Counted from the first letter of the whole stretch, positions 9,867 through 19,057 are shown. The stretch: DNA of 62,954 bases, filler included, from 8 parts of 8 records of this genome joined end to end with filler, not necessarily neighbours in it; one strand, 5' to 3'. A program made the numbers and translations. Notes: generated by a model from the sequence alone, not told the origin.

Positions 9867-10174
9867 TTTAAAGCTCCTGCTGTCATTCCTTTGATAAAGT
9901 ACTTGGACAGAAATATGTAGAGAACAAGCATAGGCAGGATCGCGATGGAGAGGGAGGCGAACAGAAGATGCCAGCTGATTTGATACTGCCCGAAGAAGAC
10001 GCTCATCCCCAGAGGCAAAGTCTTCAAACGGTCCGACTGGATAAAGACCAGGGGAAAGAAGAAGTCGTTCCACACGGGGACGGCATTGTAAATGGTCACA
10101 AGGGCCAGGGAGGGAGCCGTCAGGGGCATGATGATCTGAGAGTAGACCGTCCACTCCCCCGCTCCGTCGATCCG
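9863..10174 (-). CDS. Carbohydrate ABC permease (MalG type), C-terminal part
   Basis: EAA-loop remnant RIDGAG, WNDFFFPLVF, TLPLG, KYFIKGMTAGALK; truncated at the contig edge. Confidence 0.88.
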   Translation of the reverse strand, partial: RIDGAGEWTVYSQIIMPLTAPSLALVTIYNAVPVWNDFFFPLVFIQSDRLKTLPLGMSVFFGQYQISWHLLFASLSIAILPMLVLYIFLSKYFIKGMTAGALK

Positions 10175-10274
10175 NNNNNNNNNNNNNNNNNNNNNNNNNN
10201 NNNNNNNNNNNNNNNNNNTTAATTAATTAANNNNNNNNNNNNNNNNNNNNNNNNNNNNNNNNNNNNNNNNNNNN
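10175..10274. other. Artificial contig linker
   Basis: N run with TTAATTAATTAA (stops in all six frames). Confidence 0.99.
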
Positions 10275-10330
10275 AGCGCTATCATGAAGCGGAACAGGAA
10301 ACCTGAATTGAAAGGGCGTGGCCCGGATTC

Positions 10331-10378
10331 ATGCGACAATAACACGACAGTCCTCTCATTGTCACAAAACTGTCGTAT
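10331..10378. promoter_or_regulatory. Candidate operator array upstream of XRE-2TM gene
   Basis: GACA at 10335 and 10346, TGTC at 10360 and 10371: four half-sites, 11-bp pitch, symmetric about 10354.5. Confidence 0.5.
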
Positions 10379-10437
10379 GCTTTAATCTGTAATCACCCTA
10401 TCTTCATCTCATCAGATATACGGCAGGAGGCGGAAAA

Positions 10438-10905
10438 GTGCTGCTCATAAAGAAAATGAGACTTCAGAAAGGCTGGTCCCAATCGGAGCTGGCGGAGTTC
10501 AGCGGGTTAAGCACCAGAACCATTCAAAGGATTGAGAAAGGCGCGAAACCCGGTCTGGAGTCACTGAAAAGCCTGGCCGCCGTATTCGATATGGATGCTG
10601 CCGATCTGCAGCAGGAGGAAGATATGGATAAAAGCAGTGTTTCACTGGAAGAGAAAAGAGCATTCGCTCAGGTACAGGACGAGAAGGGATTCTATAGGCA
10701 TCTCATCAGCTACGCCCTTATCATCCCCCTTCTCTTCGTAATCAATTACCTTACGGAACCCAGCTACATCTGGGCGAAATGGCCGGCCCTGGGCTGGGGA
10801 ACAGGACTGTTCCTTCACGGGTTCAGGGTATTCAGTACATTCAGCCTATTCGGTCCCGAGTGGGAAAAAAAACGGGTGGAAAAAAAACTGGGCAGAAAGC
10901 TATAA
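10438..10905 (+). CDS. XRE-family HTH fused to 2TM domain
   Basis: RLQKGWSQSELAEFSGLSTRTIQRIE HTH; GFYRHLISY...WAKWPALGWG..LFLHG 2TM pattern; AGGAGG RBS. Confidence 0.88.
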   Translation: MLLIKKMRLQKGWSQSELAEFSGLSTRTIQRIEKGAKPGLESLKSLAAVFDMDAADLQQEEDMDKSSVSLEEKRAFAQVQDEKGFYRHLISYALIIPLLFVINYLTEPSYIWAKWPALGWGTGLFLHGFRVFSTFSLFGPEWEKKRVEKKLGRKL

Positions 10906-11100
10906 CCTGCTGTCCGCCCCAAACTCCTGGTTAAGGGAGCCTTCCTCGGAGTTTGGTCGTGGGCAGGGGGATGACTGTCAGGCTCTCACTGCCCCAAAAC
11001 GAGCAAAGCCGGTCATCCAAGGGGCGGAGGGGGTGTTCTTTTTTTCCAGAAACAGGTTAGCATTGTCCTGCCAGATTAGGAATGACAGGAAGGGAGAGCT

Positions 11101-11472
11101 ATGCTGAAAACAGGAATGGAACACACCATTGAACACGAGGTACGCCCCGAAGACTCGGCGAGGAATATAGGCTCGGGGCTCCTGGACGTCTACTCCACCC
11201 CCGCCATGATCGCTCTGATGGAGAAGAGCGCCATGCTCCTGGTACAGGACTCCCTGGGGGAGGGACAGGGCACCGTAGGCGTCTCGGTGAACATCAAACA
11301 CCTGAAGGCCAGCAGGATCGGAGCTTCCGTATCGGCTAAAGCCGTCCTCACTGAGATAGACGGCAATCGTCTGGTCTTCGATCTTCAGGTCCGGGAGGGC
11401 GAAAAGATGATAGGCTCCGGCGAACACCAGCGCTTCATCATCGACGAGGTGAAATTTCTATCCAGGCTCTAA
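11101..11472 (+). CDS. Hotdog-fold thioesterase (FlK-like)
   Basis: GSGLLDVYSTPAMIALME, GTVG..VNIKHL, GEHQRFII. Confidence 0.88.
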   Translation: MLKTGMEHTIEHEVRPEDSARNIGSGLLDVYSTPAMIALMEKSAMLLVQDSLGEGQGTVGVSVNIKHLKASRIGASVSAKAVLTEIDGNRLVFDLQVREGEKMIGSGEHQRFIIDEVKFLSRL

Positions 11473-11581
11473 GCTCTCGTAGCCAGACTTGCTGATAGTT
11501 TTTTCACTTCGGAATGTAACGTCTCCCGTTCAGAGTTCTTTTATCTACGTACATTGGAGATAAGAGAACCAAGGAGATTCT

Positions 11582-11761
11582 ATGACAAATATACAGCCTT
11601 TGGACGGTATCCTGAGACAGGAGGAGAGCAAGGCTCTTTGCGAAGAACTCAAAGCACTCTACCCCGACCATCAGGAGACCCTGGACCGCCTGGACAGGAT
11701 CGCGGGCTACTCGGGAAGCCCCGAGGTATACAAGCTCATGATGGAAATTTTCTCTCCCTGA
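11582..11761 (+). CDS. Small hypothetical protein (59 aa), absent from the ORF track
   Basis: AAGGAG RBS then ATG 11582; MTNIQPLDGILRQEESKALCEELKALYPDHQETLDRLDRIAGYSGSPEVYKLMMEIFSP-stop. Confidence 0.6.
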   Translation: MTNIQPLDGILRQEESKALCEELKALYPDHQETLDRLDRIAGYSGSPEVYKLMMEIFSP

Positions 11762-12081
11762 GCTTATTCAGAAACCTACAGAACCCACATCGATACCGAA
11801 AGCAGAACAGACCGCCAGTGACCTACTATGACCCCCACAGCATGGAGCGTCATTCAGGACATGGCGTAAGAAGCTCACCCAGTCAATAAAAAAAGAACAC
11901 CCACGCTTTTTAAAAATACGAAAAAAACAGTAGAAGGGAGATTCGCTGATGATATCCGCTAGTATCTTTGCACTATTTGCGCTTATTTTATATGAAAACT
12001 GATCCGGAGACCTGTTATCATAATCAAAAAACTTGAATATAATTGTTTACCTTTGTAATTACTTATTGAATCGGAGGCTTC

Positions 12082-13290
12082 ATGTCAAAGCTTATCAACG
12101 CAGGACTTATCAGCATGGGAGGCTACCTCCCCGCCAAGCCTGTACCTAAAAATAAAAAAGACGATCTGGTGGGGTTCCTGAGAAAAGAGACCCTCCTGCA
12201 TCATGAATATATTGATGAAATCGAAGAAACCGGGAATATGCCCGGCAGGATAGAAACGAACTATGACGGCTGGGAGAGCCAGCCCTGGTTTGACGAGTGG
12301 GTGGCTCAGATGCCCCCCAAGAAGCAGGCCAATCCCTTTCAGGGCGCCGTGGAAAGACGACGGGTACCCATGGATCCCGTTTCCATCAAGAAGTCGGTCC
12401 ATCCCCATCCCATGATCTCTTCCGACGCGGAAACCCTGGCCGCGGCCAAGGCTATCTACAACGCCGGCATAGACAAGGACGAGATAGATCTGGTCCTCTG
12501 CTCCTCACTGGTCCCCGACCTGGCGGTTCCCCAGAACGCCTCGCTGGTACAGCATAAGCTGGGACTGAAGAACGCGGGAGCCTACAATGTGGACACCTGC
12601 TGCTCCTCCTTCATCACTATGATGGAGATGGCCATGACCTATGTCCGGGCCGGTATGAAAAAGAAGGTTCTGATCGTAGGGAGCTCGCTGGACTCCCTTA
12701 TCAACGACAAAACCACCTATTACAGCGTCTACATCGGAGACGGAGCCGTCGCCGGTATCGTCGGAGAGGTGGAGGAAGGCTACGGCTATATAGCCTCCCA
12801 TTCCCACAGCATAGGAAAACGGCACAAGGCTATCATCTTTAAGAAGAGACAGCCCCAAATCTTTATCCCCACCAATCAGGGGCCCACCTACGAACAGGAG
12901 TTCGTCACCTTCTACGACAAGGAGATGCAGCGGGAAATCGCCCATGAGACCCAGAACGACATCATGCGGGTCACCGATAAGATGTTCGCCAAAACACCCT
13001 ACACAGCCAAAGACATCGACTTCCTCTCCACGCACCAGCCCGTTCCCTGGACACCCGAATCCTGGAGGGAATGCCTGAACGTTCCCAAGAACAAGATCTA
13101 CCAGTCCTTCGAAAAGTACGGCAACATCGCCGTAGCCTCATCGGCGGTCAACCATCTGGAGGCCGTTGAAAAGGGCTTGATGAAAGCGGGAGACAAGGCA
13201 CTGATCGTCTCGTCCGGCGTGGGCGAGAACCATATATGTCTCTTCCATAAGATATCCCCCACCCTGGTGAAAAACGTCAAGCATGGCTGA
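12082..13290 (+). CDS. 3-oxoacyl-ACP synthase III (FabH/KAS-III) family condensing enzyme, atypical
   Basis: Cys-His-Asn triad motifs DTCCSSF, STHQP, YGNIAVAS; IGDGAVA; long N-terminal insertion relative to FabH. Confidence 0.85.
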   Translation: MSKLINAGLISMGGYLPAKPVPKNKKDDLVGFLRKETLLHHEYIDEIEETGNMPGRIETNYDGWESQPWFDEWVAQMPPKKQANPFQGAVERRRVPMDPVSIKKSVHPHPMISSDAETLAAAKAIYNAGIDKDEIDLVLCSSLVPDLAVPQNASLVQHKLGLKNAGAYNVDTCCSSFITMMEMAMTYVRAGMKKKVLIVGSSLDSLINDKTTYYSVYIGDGAVAGIVGEVEEGYGYIASHSHSIGKRHKAIIFKKRQPQIFIPTNQGPTYEQEFVTFYDKEMQREIAHETQNDIMRVTDKMFAKTPYTAKDIDFLSTHQPVPWTPESWRECLNVPKNKIYQSFEKYGNIAVASSAVNHLEAVEKGLMKAGDKALIVSSGVGENHICLFHKISPTLVKNVKHG

Positions 13291-13696
13291 GAAGCGGGAT
13301 AATGGGCCCGTCATAGATCATATCGCCATCAAGGTCTCCCATATGGAGTCTTTTGCCGCAGCTATGGAAGAGATGGGCTATCCCATGACCATACCGCCGA
13401 AACAGTACGACGAGGTGGGAATGAAAATCGCGTTTATGGGCGCCGAGGGAGAGAGCCAAATGGAGCTGTTCGAGGTGACCTCCCCCGACAGCCCCGCCGC
13501 CGACTCCCCCGAGGGGATGCACCATATAGCCGTGGCGGTGGACGATATCGAAACAGCCCACAGGCAGATGAGCGAAAGCCCTCGCTTCGAGGTAATGGGG
13601 GAGATCCGTCAGGGGGCACACTCCCGAATCTTCTTCTACCGCCTGGCGAGCACTCGGGCCCCTCTTTTCGAATGTACGGAGAAACACAATGGATAA
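13283..13696 (+). CDS. VOC-family protein, methylmalonyl-CoA epimerase-like
   Basis: IDHIAI, ELFE, GMHHIAVAVDDI and C-terminal LFEC.E motifs; overlaps the upstream stop. Confidence 0.8.
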   Translation: MAEKRDNGPVIDHIAIKVSHMESFAAAMEEMGYPMTIPPKQYDEVGMKIAFMGAEGESQMELFEVTSPDSPAADSPEGMHHIAVAVDDIETAHRQMSESPRFEVMGEIRQGAHSRIFFYRLASTRAPLFECTEKHNG

Positions 13697-14474
13697 CACA
13701 CTCAAGGGGAAGACCGCCCTGGTCACCGGCGGAGCCGGGGGCATAGGACGGGAGATCAGCCGCACACTGGCGGCCGCAGGAGCCCGGGTCATCATCCTTT
13801 GCCGGGATGCGGCCAAGGCCGAAGAAACGCTGGCTTTCATTAAGAATGAGAACGGAAGCGCGGCCTATCACCTTATCGATCTTTCGGATGCCGCCGACAG
13901 AGAGGCAGGTCTGAAGAAGATCCTGCAAGACAGCGACGGCGTGGATATTCTTGTCAACAATGCGGGGATCTCCGGTTTTATGGGCCCCGTAGCCGACACC
14001 CCGCTGGAAGAACTCGATTCGGTACTTGAAGTCAATTTGAACGCCCCCTTCCATCTGGCTCAGATGCTTATTCCGGGCATGACCGGGAAGGGATTCGGGC
14101 GGATTATCAATATAAGCTCCGTCGCTCCCCGGGTGAATCCGGCCTGGACCACCACTTATAACATGAGCAAGGCCGCCCTCAACGCCTTTACGGCCTCCCT
14201 GTCCCGAGAGATCGCCTCAAGCGGTATCACCGTAAACGGCGTGGCTCCCGGGCTTGTCCTTACAGAGCGCATCCAGAAAAAACGTGTGCCCGGCCTGGCC
14301 GCTGAAAGAGGGATCAGCGAAGAGGAAGTACTGAACGGGATGAAGTCCAAATCGGATACCAGGCGCTTGACTACGGAAAGGGAGCTGGCTGAAACGGTAT
14401 TGTTTCTCTGCTCCGACGCCGCGCGGAACATAAGCGGCGAAACCATCGAAATGTCAGGCGGTTACCAGGGCTGA
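13689..14474 (+). CDS. Classical SDR oxidoreductase (FabG-like)
   Basis: TGGAGGIG, LVNNAG, INISS, YNMSK, VAPG. Confidence 0.93.
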   Translation: MDNTLKGKTALVTGGAGGIGREISRTLAAAGARVIILCRDAAKAEETLAFIKNENGSAAYHLIDLSDAADREAGLKKILQDSDGVDILVNNAGISGFMGPVADTPLEELDSVLEVNLNAPFHLAQMLIPGMTGKGFGRIINISSVAPRVNPAWTTTYNMSKAALNAFTASLSREIASSGITVNGVAPGLVLTERIQKKRVPGLAAERGISEEEVLNGMKSKSDTRRLTTERELAETVLFLCSDAARNISGETIEMSGGYQG

Positions 14475-14517
14475 GAGTCCCTGCCGCCGGAGAAATAAAC
14501 AATAAGGAAGTACAGCT

Positions 14518-14967
14518 ATGGTAGATTACGACAAGTTTAAATCTTTTATGGAAGAGTATTTCGATCACTACAGCAAATACGCCCAGGATGCGGAGACCAT
14601 GCCCAAAATGGACCGTTTCTGGACCGAAGATATCAAGGTGACCGCCTATTTTCAACTTCCCGGGGGCGAGTACCCCTTCCGGATGCCCGATCGCCGTGTA
14701 TGGCAGGACTTCCTGATCAAGGGACATCTGACCATATGGGAGAACCTTACACCCACGGATATGATGATCGATACGAAGCAGTTGAAGGCCACGGCTATGC
14801 TGAATGTGGTAAAATTTGACAGAAAGACCGATAAAAAGCTGATAGAACTGGACGGAATCGGTTATTATACTCTTAAGCAGAACGACGAGGGAGAGCTGCA
14901 GATCAAGAGCCTGGACTTCTTTACAGGCGACGCAGGAACCTTCGCCAGCCTCTACACACAGGAATAA
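14518..14967 (+). CDS. SnoaL/NTF2-like fold protein
   Basis: 149 aa; N-terminal helix F..EYFDHY, FWTEDI, then alternating beta-strand pattern ending in LQIKSLDFF; AAGGA RBS. Confidence 0.6.
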   Translation: MVDYDKFKSFMEEYFDHYSKYAQDAETMPKMDRFWTEDIKVTAYFQLPGGEYPFRMPDRRVWQDFLIKGHLTIWENLTPTDMMIDTKQLKATAMLNVVKFDRKTDKKLIELDGIGYYTLKQNDEGELQIKSLDFFTGDAGTFASLYTQE

Positions 14968-15023
14968 GAATACCAGGCGGCCCCTCACAGGGCTGTCTAT
15001 AGCATGGAAATAGGAGAGAGCAG

Positions 15024-15461
15024 ATGAGCACGAAAGCCACAATCGTTACCGGTGTTATCGGAGAGGATGTCCATGTAACGGGCATCAGGATTCTGGAACA
15101 CGCCCTGCGCAGCGACGGATTCGATATACACTCCCTGGGAATCCACAACTCCCAGGAGGACTTCGTCGCCAAAGCGAAGGAAGTGGGCGCCGACGCCATC
15201 CTGATCTCCTCTCTGGCGGGACATGCGGAGATGCTGGTTCAGGGCTTTCGCGAGCGCTGCGACAAGGCGGGACTGACAGACATCAAGCTCTATATCGGAG
15301 GGCAGCTGGTCATCCATGCCGAGCCCTGGGAAGAGACGGAGAAGCGGTTTCTGGATCTGGGATTTACCAGCGTCGCCGTACCTTTCAATCTCCCCAAGAA
15401 CGTCATAGCCGAACTGAATGACGACCTCTGCTCCAAAGAGAGCGAAGGAATAGGCGCCTAA
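15024..15461 (+). CDS. Cobalamin-binding subunit, glutamate (methylaspartate) mutase S-like
   Basis: Base-off/His-on motif DVHVTG (DxHxxG), ISSLAGH (SxL), YIGGQL; colinear with GlmS/MutS. Confidence 0.92.
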   Translation: MSTKATIVTGVIGEDVHVTGIRILEHALRSDGFDIHSLGIHNSQEDFVAKAKEVGADAILISSLAGHAEMLVQGFRERCDKAGLTDIKLYIGGQLVIHAEPWEETEKRFLDLGFTSVAVPFNLPKNVIAELNDDLCSKESEGIGA

Positions 15462-15503
15462 GGCGACGGCCAGCCGGCGGAAACCATTTCAGGAGACAGT
15501 CAA

Positions 15504-16946
15504 TTGGAAATCTCAAATAAAACCTGGTCGGACGACTATTTTCAAAGGGAGCGCGAAAAAGTACTGGCCCAGTGGCCAACCGGCGAAGACGTAGACCTGG
15601 AAGACGCTTTCGCCTTCCATAACAGCCTTCCCGCGATGCAGAATGCGGCCCGCAAGGTCCTGAAGGCCCGGGCCGAAGGAAAGACCCTTCTCTGCCCCTC
15701 TCTGGGATCGGATACGGTGGAAAACCATAAGTCCCTTCTCCTTCATATGCAGGAGAAAGGGGAAGCCGATATCCTGACCTCCTACATAGACAGCCTGACC
15801 CGTAACTGCCGTTTCGAGATGGCAAGCCAGGGACTGATGCGCGCCGAAGCCTCGGGTCGTCCCGTATTGAATGGATTCCCTTTTGTCGTGCACGGCGTGG
15901 AAAAGGCGCGGGAGGTCATCCGGGCGGTCAAGCTGCCGTCCCTCCTCTTCGGCCCCACCCCCGACGCCAGACTCACCCATGAGATAGGTCTGGCCGGCGG
16001 TCAGAGCGGTTACTCCGGAGGCCCCCTGATATCCTTTTTCAATTACACAAAGGACGTCCGTCCCGAACAGATCATCCATAACTTCCAGTATGTGAACAGG
16101 TTGATGGGCTGTTACGAGAAGGCGGGAATCCCCATACTCTATTGCGTCAGCGGAGCCATGCCCTCCATCAGCCCTCCCTCGCTGATGATCGTTCCCGAGA
16201 TCATCGAGGTTCTTATAGCCGCAGGCCAGGGGGTCAAACACGTACAGCTGAACAACTGGCTCCAGGGCCACCTCGTACAGGATCTGGCCTATATAAAAAT
16301 ATTCAAGAAAATGGCCGATCACTATCTGAGGGAACTGGGATTCGGCGATGTGGAAACCACGACCTACAGCGTCAGCCCCACGGGACGCTTCCCTGTGGAG
16401 ACGGAAAGGGTTTACGCTCTGATCTCCCACTTCACAATGATAGGGATCCTGGGAGGGGTACAGGTCTGCGGTTCGAGAACCATAGACGAGGCCCTCCACA
16501 TCCCCACTCCCGAAGGTTCGGCAAACAGCTTCCGGAACGCCCGGATGTTCCTCAACATGCTCCAGCCCCAGGGCTTCGATGTCTCTCAAAACAAAGCCGT
16601 GGAGGCGGAAGCGGAGATAATGGAGCGGGAAGTCCGCTGTATGATGGACGCCATCCTGGAACTGGGAAAGGGCGACATTGTCAAGGGAACGGTAGCCGCC
16701 GTGGACAACGGCATGATGGATCAGCCCTATTCGACCTCCCAGCTGGTGAAGGGACAGGTTTTGGGAGTGAAGGACGATACGGGGGCCGCCAGGTACTTCG
16801 ATTTCGGCAGCCTCCCCCTTTCCGAGGATATAAAGGATTTTCACCGGGAGAAGGTAGGGGCCAGGGAAAAGGTTCTGGGCGAAAAAGTGGGATACGAGAC
16901 CATCATCGCCGACATGACAGCCATAAGCTCGGGCAGTATTCTTTGA
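15504..16946 (+). CDS. Glutamate (methylaspartate) mutase E-like catalytic subunit with remodelled substrate site
   Basis: QWPTG..VDL, IDSLTR, LNGFP, TPDARL, DEA..IPT, LELGKGD, ARY.DFG.LP are colinear with GlmE; TTG start behind AGGAG. Confidence 0.9.
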   Translation: MEISNKTWSDDYFQREREKVLAQWPTGEDVDLEDAFAFHNSLPAMQNAARKVLKARAEGKTLLCPSLGSDTVENHKSLLLHMQEKGEADILTSYIDSLTRNCRFEMASQGLMRAEASGRPVLNGFPFVVHGVEKAREVIRAVKLPSLLFGPTPDARLTHEIGLAGGQSGYSGGPLISFFNYTKDVRPEQIIHNFQYVNRLMGCYEKAGIPILYCVSGAMPSISPPSLMIVPEIIEVLIAAGQGVKHVQLNNWLQGHLVQDLAYIKIFKKMADHYLRELGFGDVETTTYSVSPTGRFPVETERVYALISHFTMIGILGGVQVCGSRTIDEALHIPTPEGSANSFRNARMFLNMLQPQGFDVSQNKAVEAEAEIMEREVRCMMDAILELGKGDIVKGTVAAVDNGMMDQPYSTSQLVKGQVLGVKDDTGAARYFDFGSLPLSEDIKDFHREKVGAREKVLGEKVGYETIIADMTAISSGSIL

Positions 16947-16982
16947 GTTGCCCAATCAAAAGGAATCAGGTATTATTTCATT

Positions 16983-17411
16983 ATGTTTGTTCTGGACAAC
17001 TGCGTTTACTATATAGCCTCACTGGGACTGAAGAAGGTAACCGACTCTTATAACGATACCATCAAGTCCTTCGGGGCCACCCGTGTCCAGTGGATAGCCC
17101 TCTACTATATCGAGAAGTCCGAGGGAATCAGCCAGTCGGCCCTGGCAGAGATGATGCACTCCCAGGAGACCACCATCGCCCGCCTGGTCGGCAGACTGGT
17201 AAAGAACGGTCTTGTGGAGCGGAGGACCGACAGGGAAGACCGCAGGGCGGTAAAGCTCTACTGCACCGACGAGGGGCATGCCCTGTACCAGCGACTGCTC
17301 CCCGTCTGCAACGGCTTCTATCAGAAAATCATCAGAGACATACCTCAGGACGAGCTGGACGTGTTCCGTTCGGTCCTTGACCGCCTGGTCGATAACAGCC
17401 GAAAAGATTAA
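16983..17411 (+). CDS. MarR-family transcriptional regulator
   Basis: TRVQWIAL, SQSALA, TIARLVGRLVKNGLVER..DREDRR..KLYCTDEG. Confidence 0.92.
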   Translation: MFVLDNCVYYIASLGLKKVTDSYNDTIKSFGATRVQWIALYYIEKSEGISQSALAEMMHSQETTIARLVGRLVKNGLVERRTDREDRRAVKLYCTDEGHALYQRLLPVCNGFYQKIIRDIPQDELDVFRSVLDRLVDNSRKD

Positions 17412-17495
17412 TTTTTTAAATTTCTTTTCACCTCCTCTTGCTTTTTTTATCTTCAATTACTAGTATTTCGGTATCAATTATAGGAATTGTAATGT

Positions 17496-17930
17496 ATGAA
17501 ACTGTCTACAAAGTCCAGATACGCGGCCCGCTTGATGGTCAATCTGGCATGGGAATACGAACAGGGGCCGGTACAGCTGAATGAGATAGCCCGGAGGGAA
17601 GAGATCTCTGAGAAGTATCTGAGCCAGATCGTTATAACACTCAGAGGCGCCGGACTCATACAGTCCGTAAGAGGAGCCAGAGGGGGCTATCTTCTCGGGA
17701 AGAGGCCTTCGGATATATCCCTGGCGGATATCGTCGGGGTAATGGAAGGGGGACTGAATATTGTAGACTGTCTGGAGCAGGATCCCCGATGCGGCCGATC
17801 GGATTCCTGCATAACGCGCTACGTCTGGGACAGAGTCAGCAAGGCCGTGCGAGAAACATTGGAAGATATCAGCCTTGAGGAACTGGCCGGAAAGGTGAAC
17901 AAGAGCGACGCTCCCATGTTTTTTATCTGA
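17496..17930 (+). CDS. Rrf2-family regulator (IscR/CymR-like, three-Cys motif)
   Basis: [29 protein letters not shown]-x6-C-x5-C. Confidence 0.92.
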   Translation: MKLSTKSRYAARLMVNLAWEYEQGPVQLNEIARREEISEKYLSQIVITLRGAGLIQSVRGARGGYLLGKRPSDISLADIVGVMEGGLNIVDCLEQDPRCGRSDSCITRYVWDRVSKAVRETLEDISLEELAGKVNKSDAPMFFI

Positions 17931-17971
17931 AGAAGGATCCCCGGAGGGATCATCGCTGTGAAGGAGTTACC

Positions 17972-18895
17972 ATGAGCAGAATAGCAGAGAACATTACGGA
18001 ACTGGTGGGGAACACCCCCCTGGTAAGATTGAATAAGGCGGAAGGCGAAGCCGATATCCTTTTAAAACTGGAGTTTTTCAACCCCCTCGGAAGCGTCAAA
18101 GACCGTATAGGAAAGAACATGATCGTACGGGCCGAGGAAAAGGGTCTGATCAAAGAGGGAACGACCATCATAGAGCCCACCAGCGGCAACACGGGAATAG
18201 CCCTGGCCTATGTCTCGGCTCAGAGGGGTTACAGGCTGATACTGACCATGCCGGACAGTATGAGTATTGAAAGACGGAAGCTGCTCAAGTTTCTGGGCGC
18301 CGAACTCGTCCTTACTCCCGGAAGCGAAGGGATGGGCGGGGCCATAAGAAAGGCGGAAGAACTGAAAGGGGAGATTGACAATTCCATAATCCTCCAGCAG
18401 TTTGAAAACCCCGCCAATCCGGAGATCCACCGCCTGACCACGGGACCCGAGATATGGGAATCCACCGGAGGGAAGGTGGACATCTTCGTCGCCGGCGTGG
18501 GCACAGGCGGTACGGTTACGGGCAGCGGAGAATTCCTGAAAAGCAAGAATCCCGATGTCCAGGTCTATGCGGTGGAACCGGACGGCTCCCCCGTTCTTTC
18601 AGGGGGATCGCCGGGTCCCCATAAGATCCAGGGAATAGGAGCGGGCTTCGTTCCCGGGATCCTCAATACTGAGGTCTACGACGGCGTTCTGAAAATCTCA
18701 GCCGAGGAAGCCGGAGAAACCTCACGAAGACTGGCCAGGGAAGAAGGGATTCTGGTCGGCATATCCGCCGGGGGCAATGTCAGAGCCGCGGAGATCCTCG
18801 CCTCCCATCCCGAGAACAAGGGAAAAACCATCGTCACCGTTGCCTGTGACACGGGCGAGCGCTATCTGAGTACCTGGCTCTTCGACAACATCTGA
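17972..18895 (+). CDS. cysK: Cysteine synthase A
   Basis: [55 protein letters not shown]. Confidence 0.97.
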   Translation: MSRIAENITELVGNTPLVRLNKAEGEADILLKLEFFNPLGSVKDRIGKNMIVRAEEKGLIKEGTTIIEPTSGNTGIALAYVSAQRGYRLILTMPDSMSIERRKLLKFLGAELVLTPGSEGMGGAIRKAEELKGEIDNSIILQQFENPANPEIHRLTTGPEIWESTGGKVDIFVAGVGTGGTVTGSGEFLKSKNPDVQVYAVEPDGSPVLSGGSPGPHKIQGIGAGFVPGILNTEVYDGVLKISAEEAGETSRRLAREEGILVGISAGGNVRAAEILASHPENKGKTIVTVACDTGERYLSTWLFDNI

Positions 18896-19057
18896 AGCGC
18901 TTTTACAGAATGAAATCCTGAGGGAAGGACCTCAGACCCTATACAGAAAATTCACCGGGGTTCCCTGCGAGCCTCGGTGATATAAAAACATGGGATATGA
19001 TCGGAAACATAGCAAGGCTTCTGAAGAGCTTTGAAAAGAAAGAAAGGAGGCAATCAC

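Noticed and set aside
9867-10154. 96-aa N-terminal extension of the MurQ-like ORF in the track
   Set aside because: It overlaps the real permease in another frame; the true start is the ATGA-coupled ATG at 9866.
11554-11889. 111-aa ORF-track frame
   Set aside because: No RBS and low-information sequence; the 11582-11761 frame has a strong SD and a more protein-like product.
12040-12061. MarR operator upstream of the KAS-III operon (TAATTGTTTACCTTTGTAATTA)
   Set aside because: Only the outer TAATT/AATTA is symmetric in an AT-rich tract and I saw no second copy; too weak to call.
15513-16955. 480-aa antisense ORF over the mutase E gene, and similar long shadow ORFs (1004-1603, 2088-3257, 4836-5774, 19181-20371, 39774-40958, 56014-57447)
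   Set aside because: Antisense shadows of GC-rich genes with no motifs; expected from codon bias.
18900-19057. SAM-I (S-box) riboswitch before metY
   Set aside because: Hairpins are present but the ATC..GAG, GCAACC and GTGC core elements are not.
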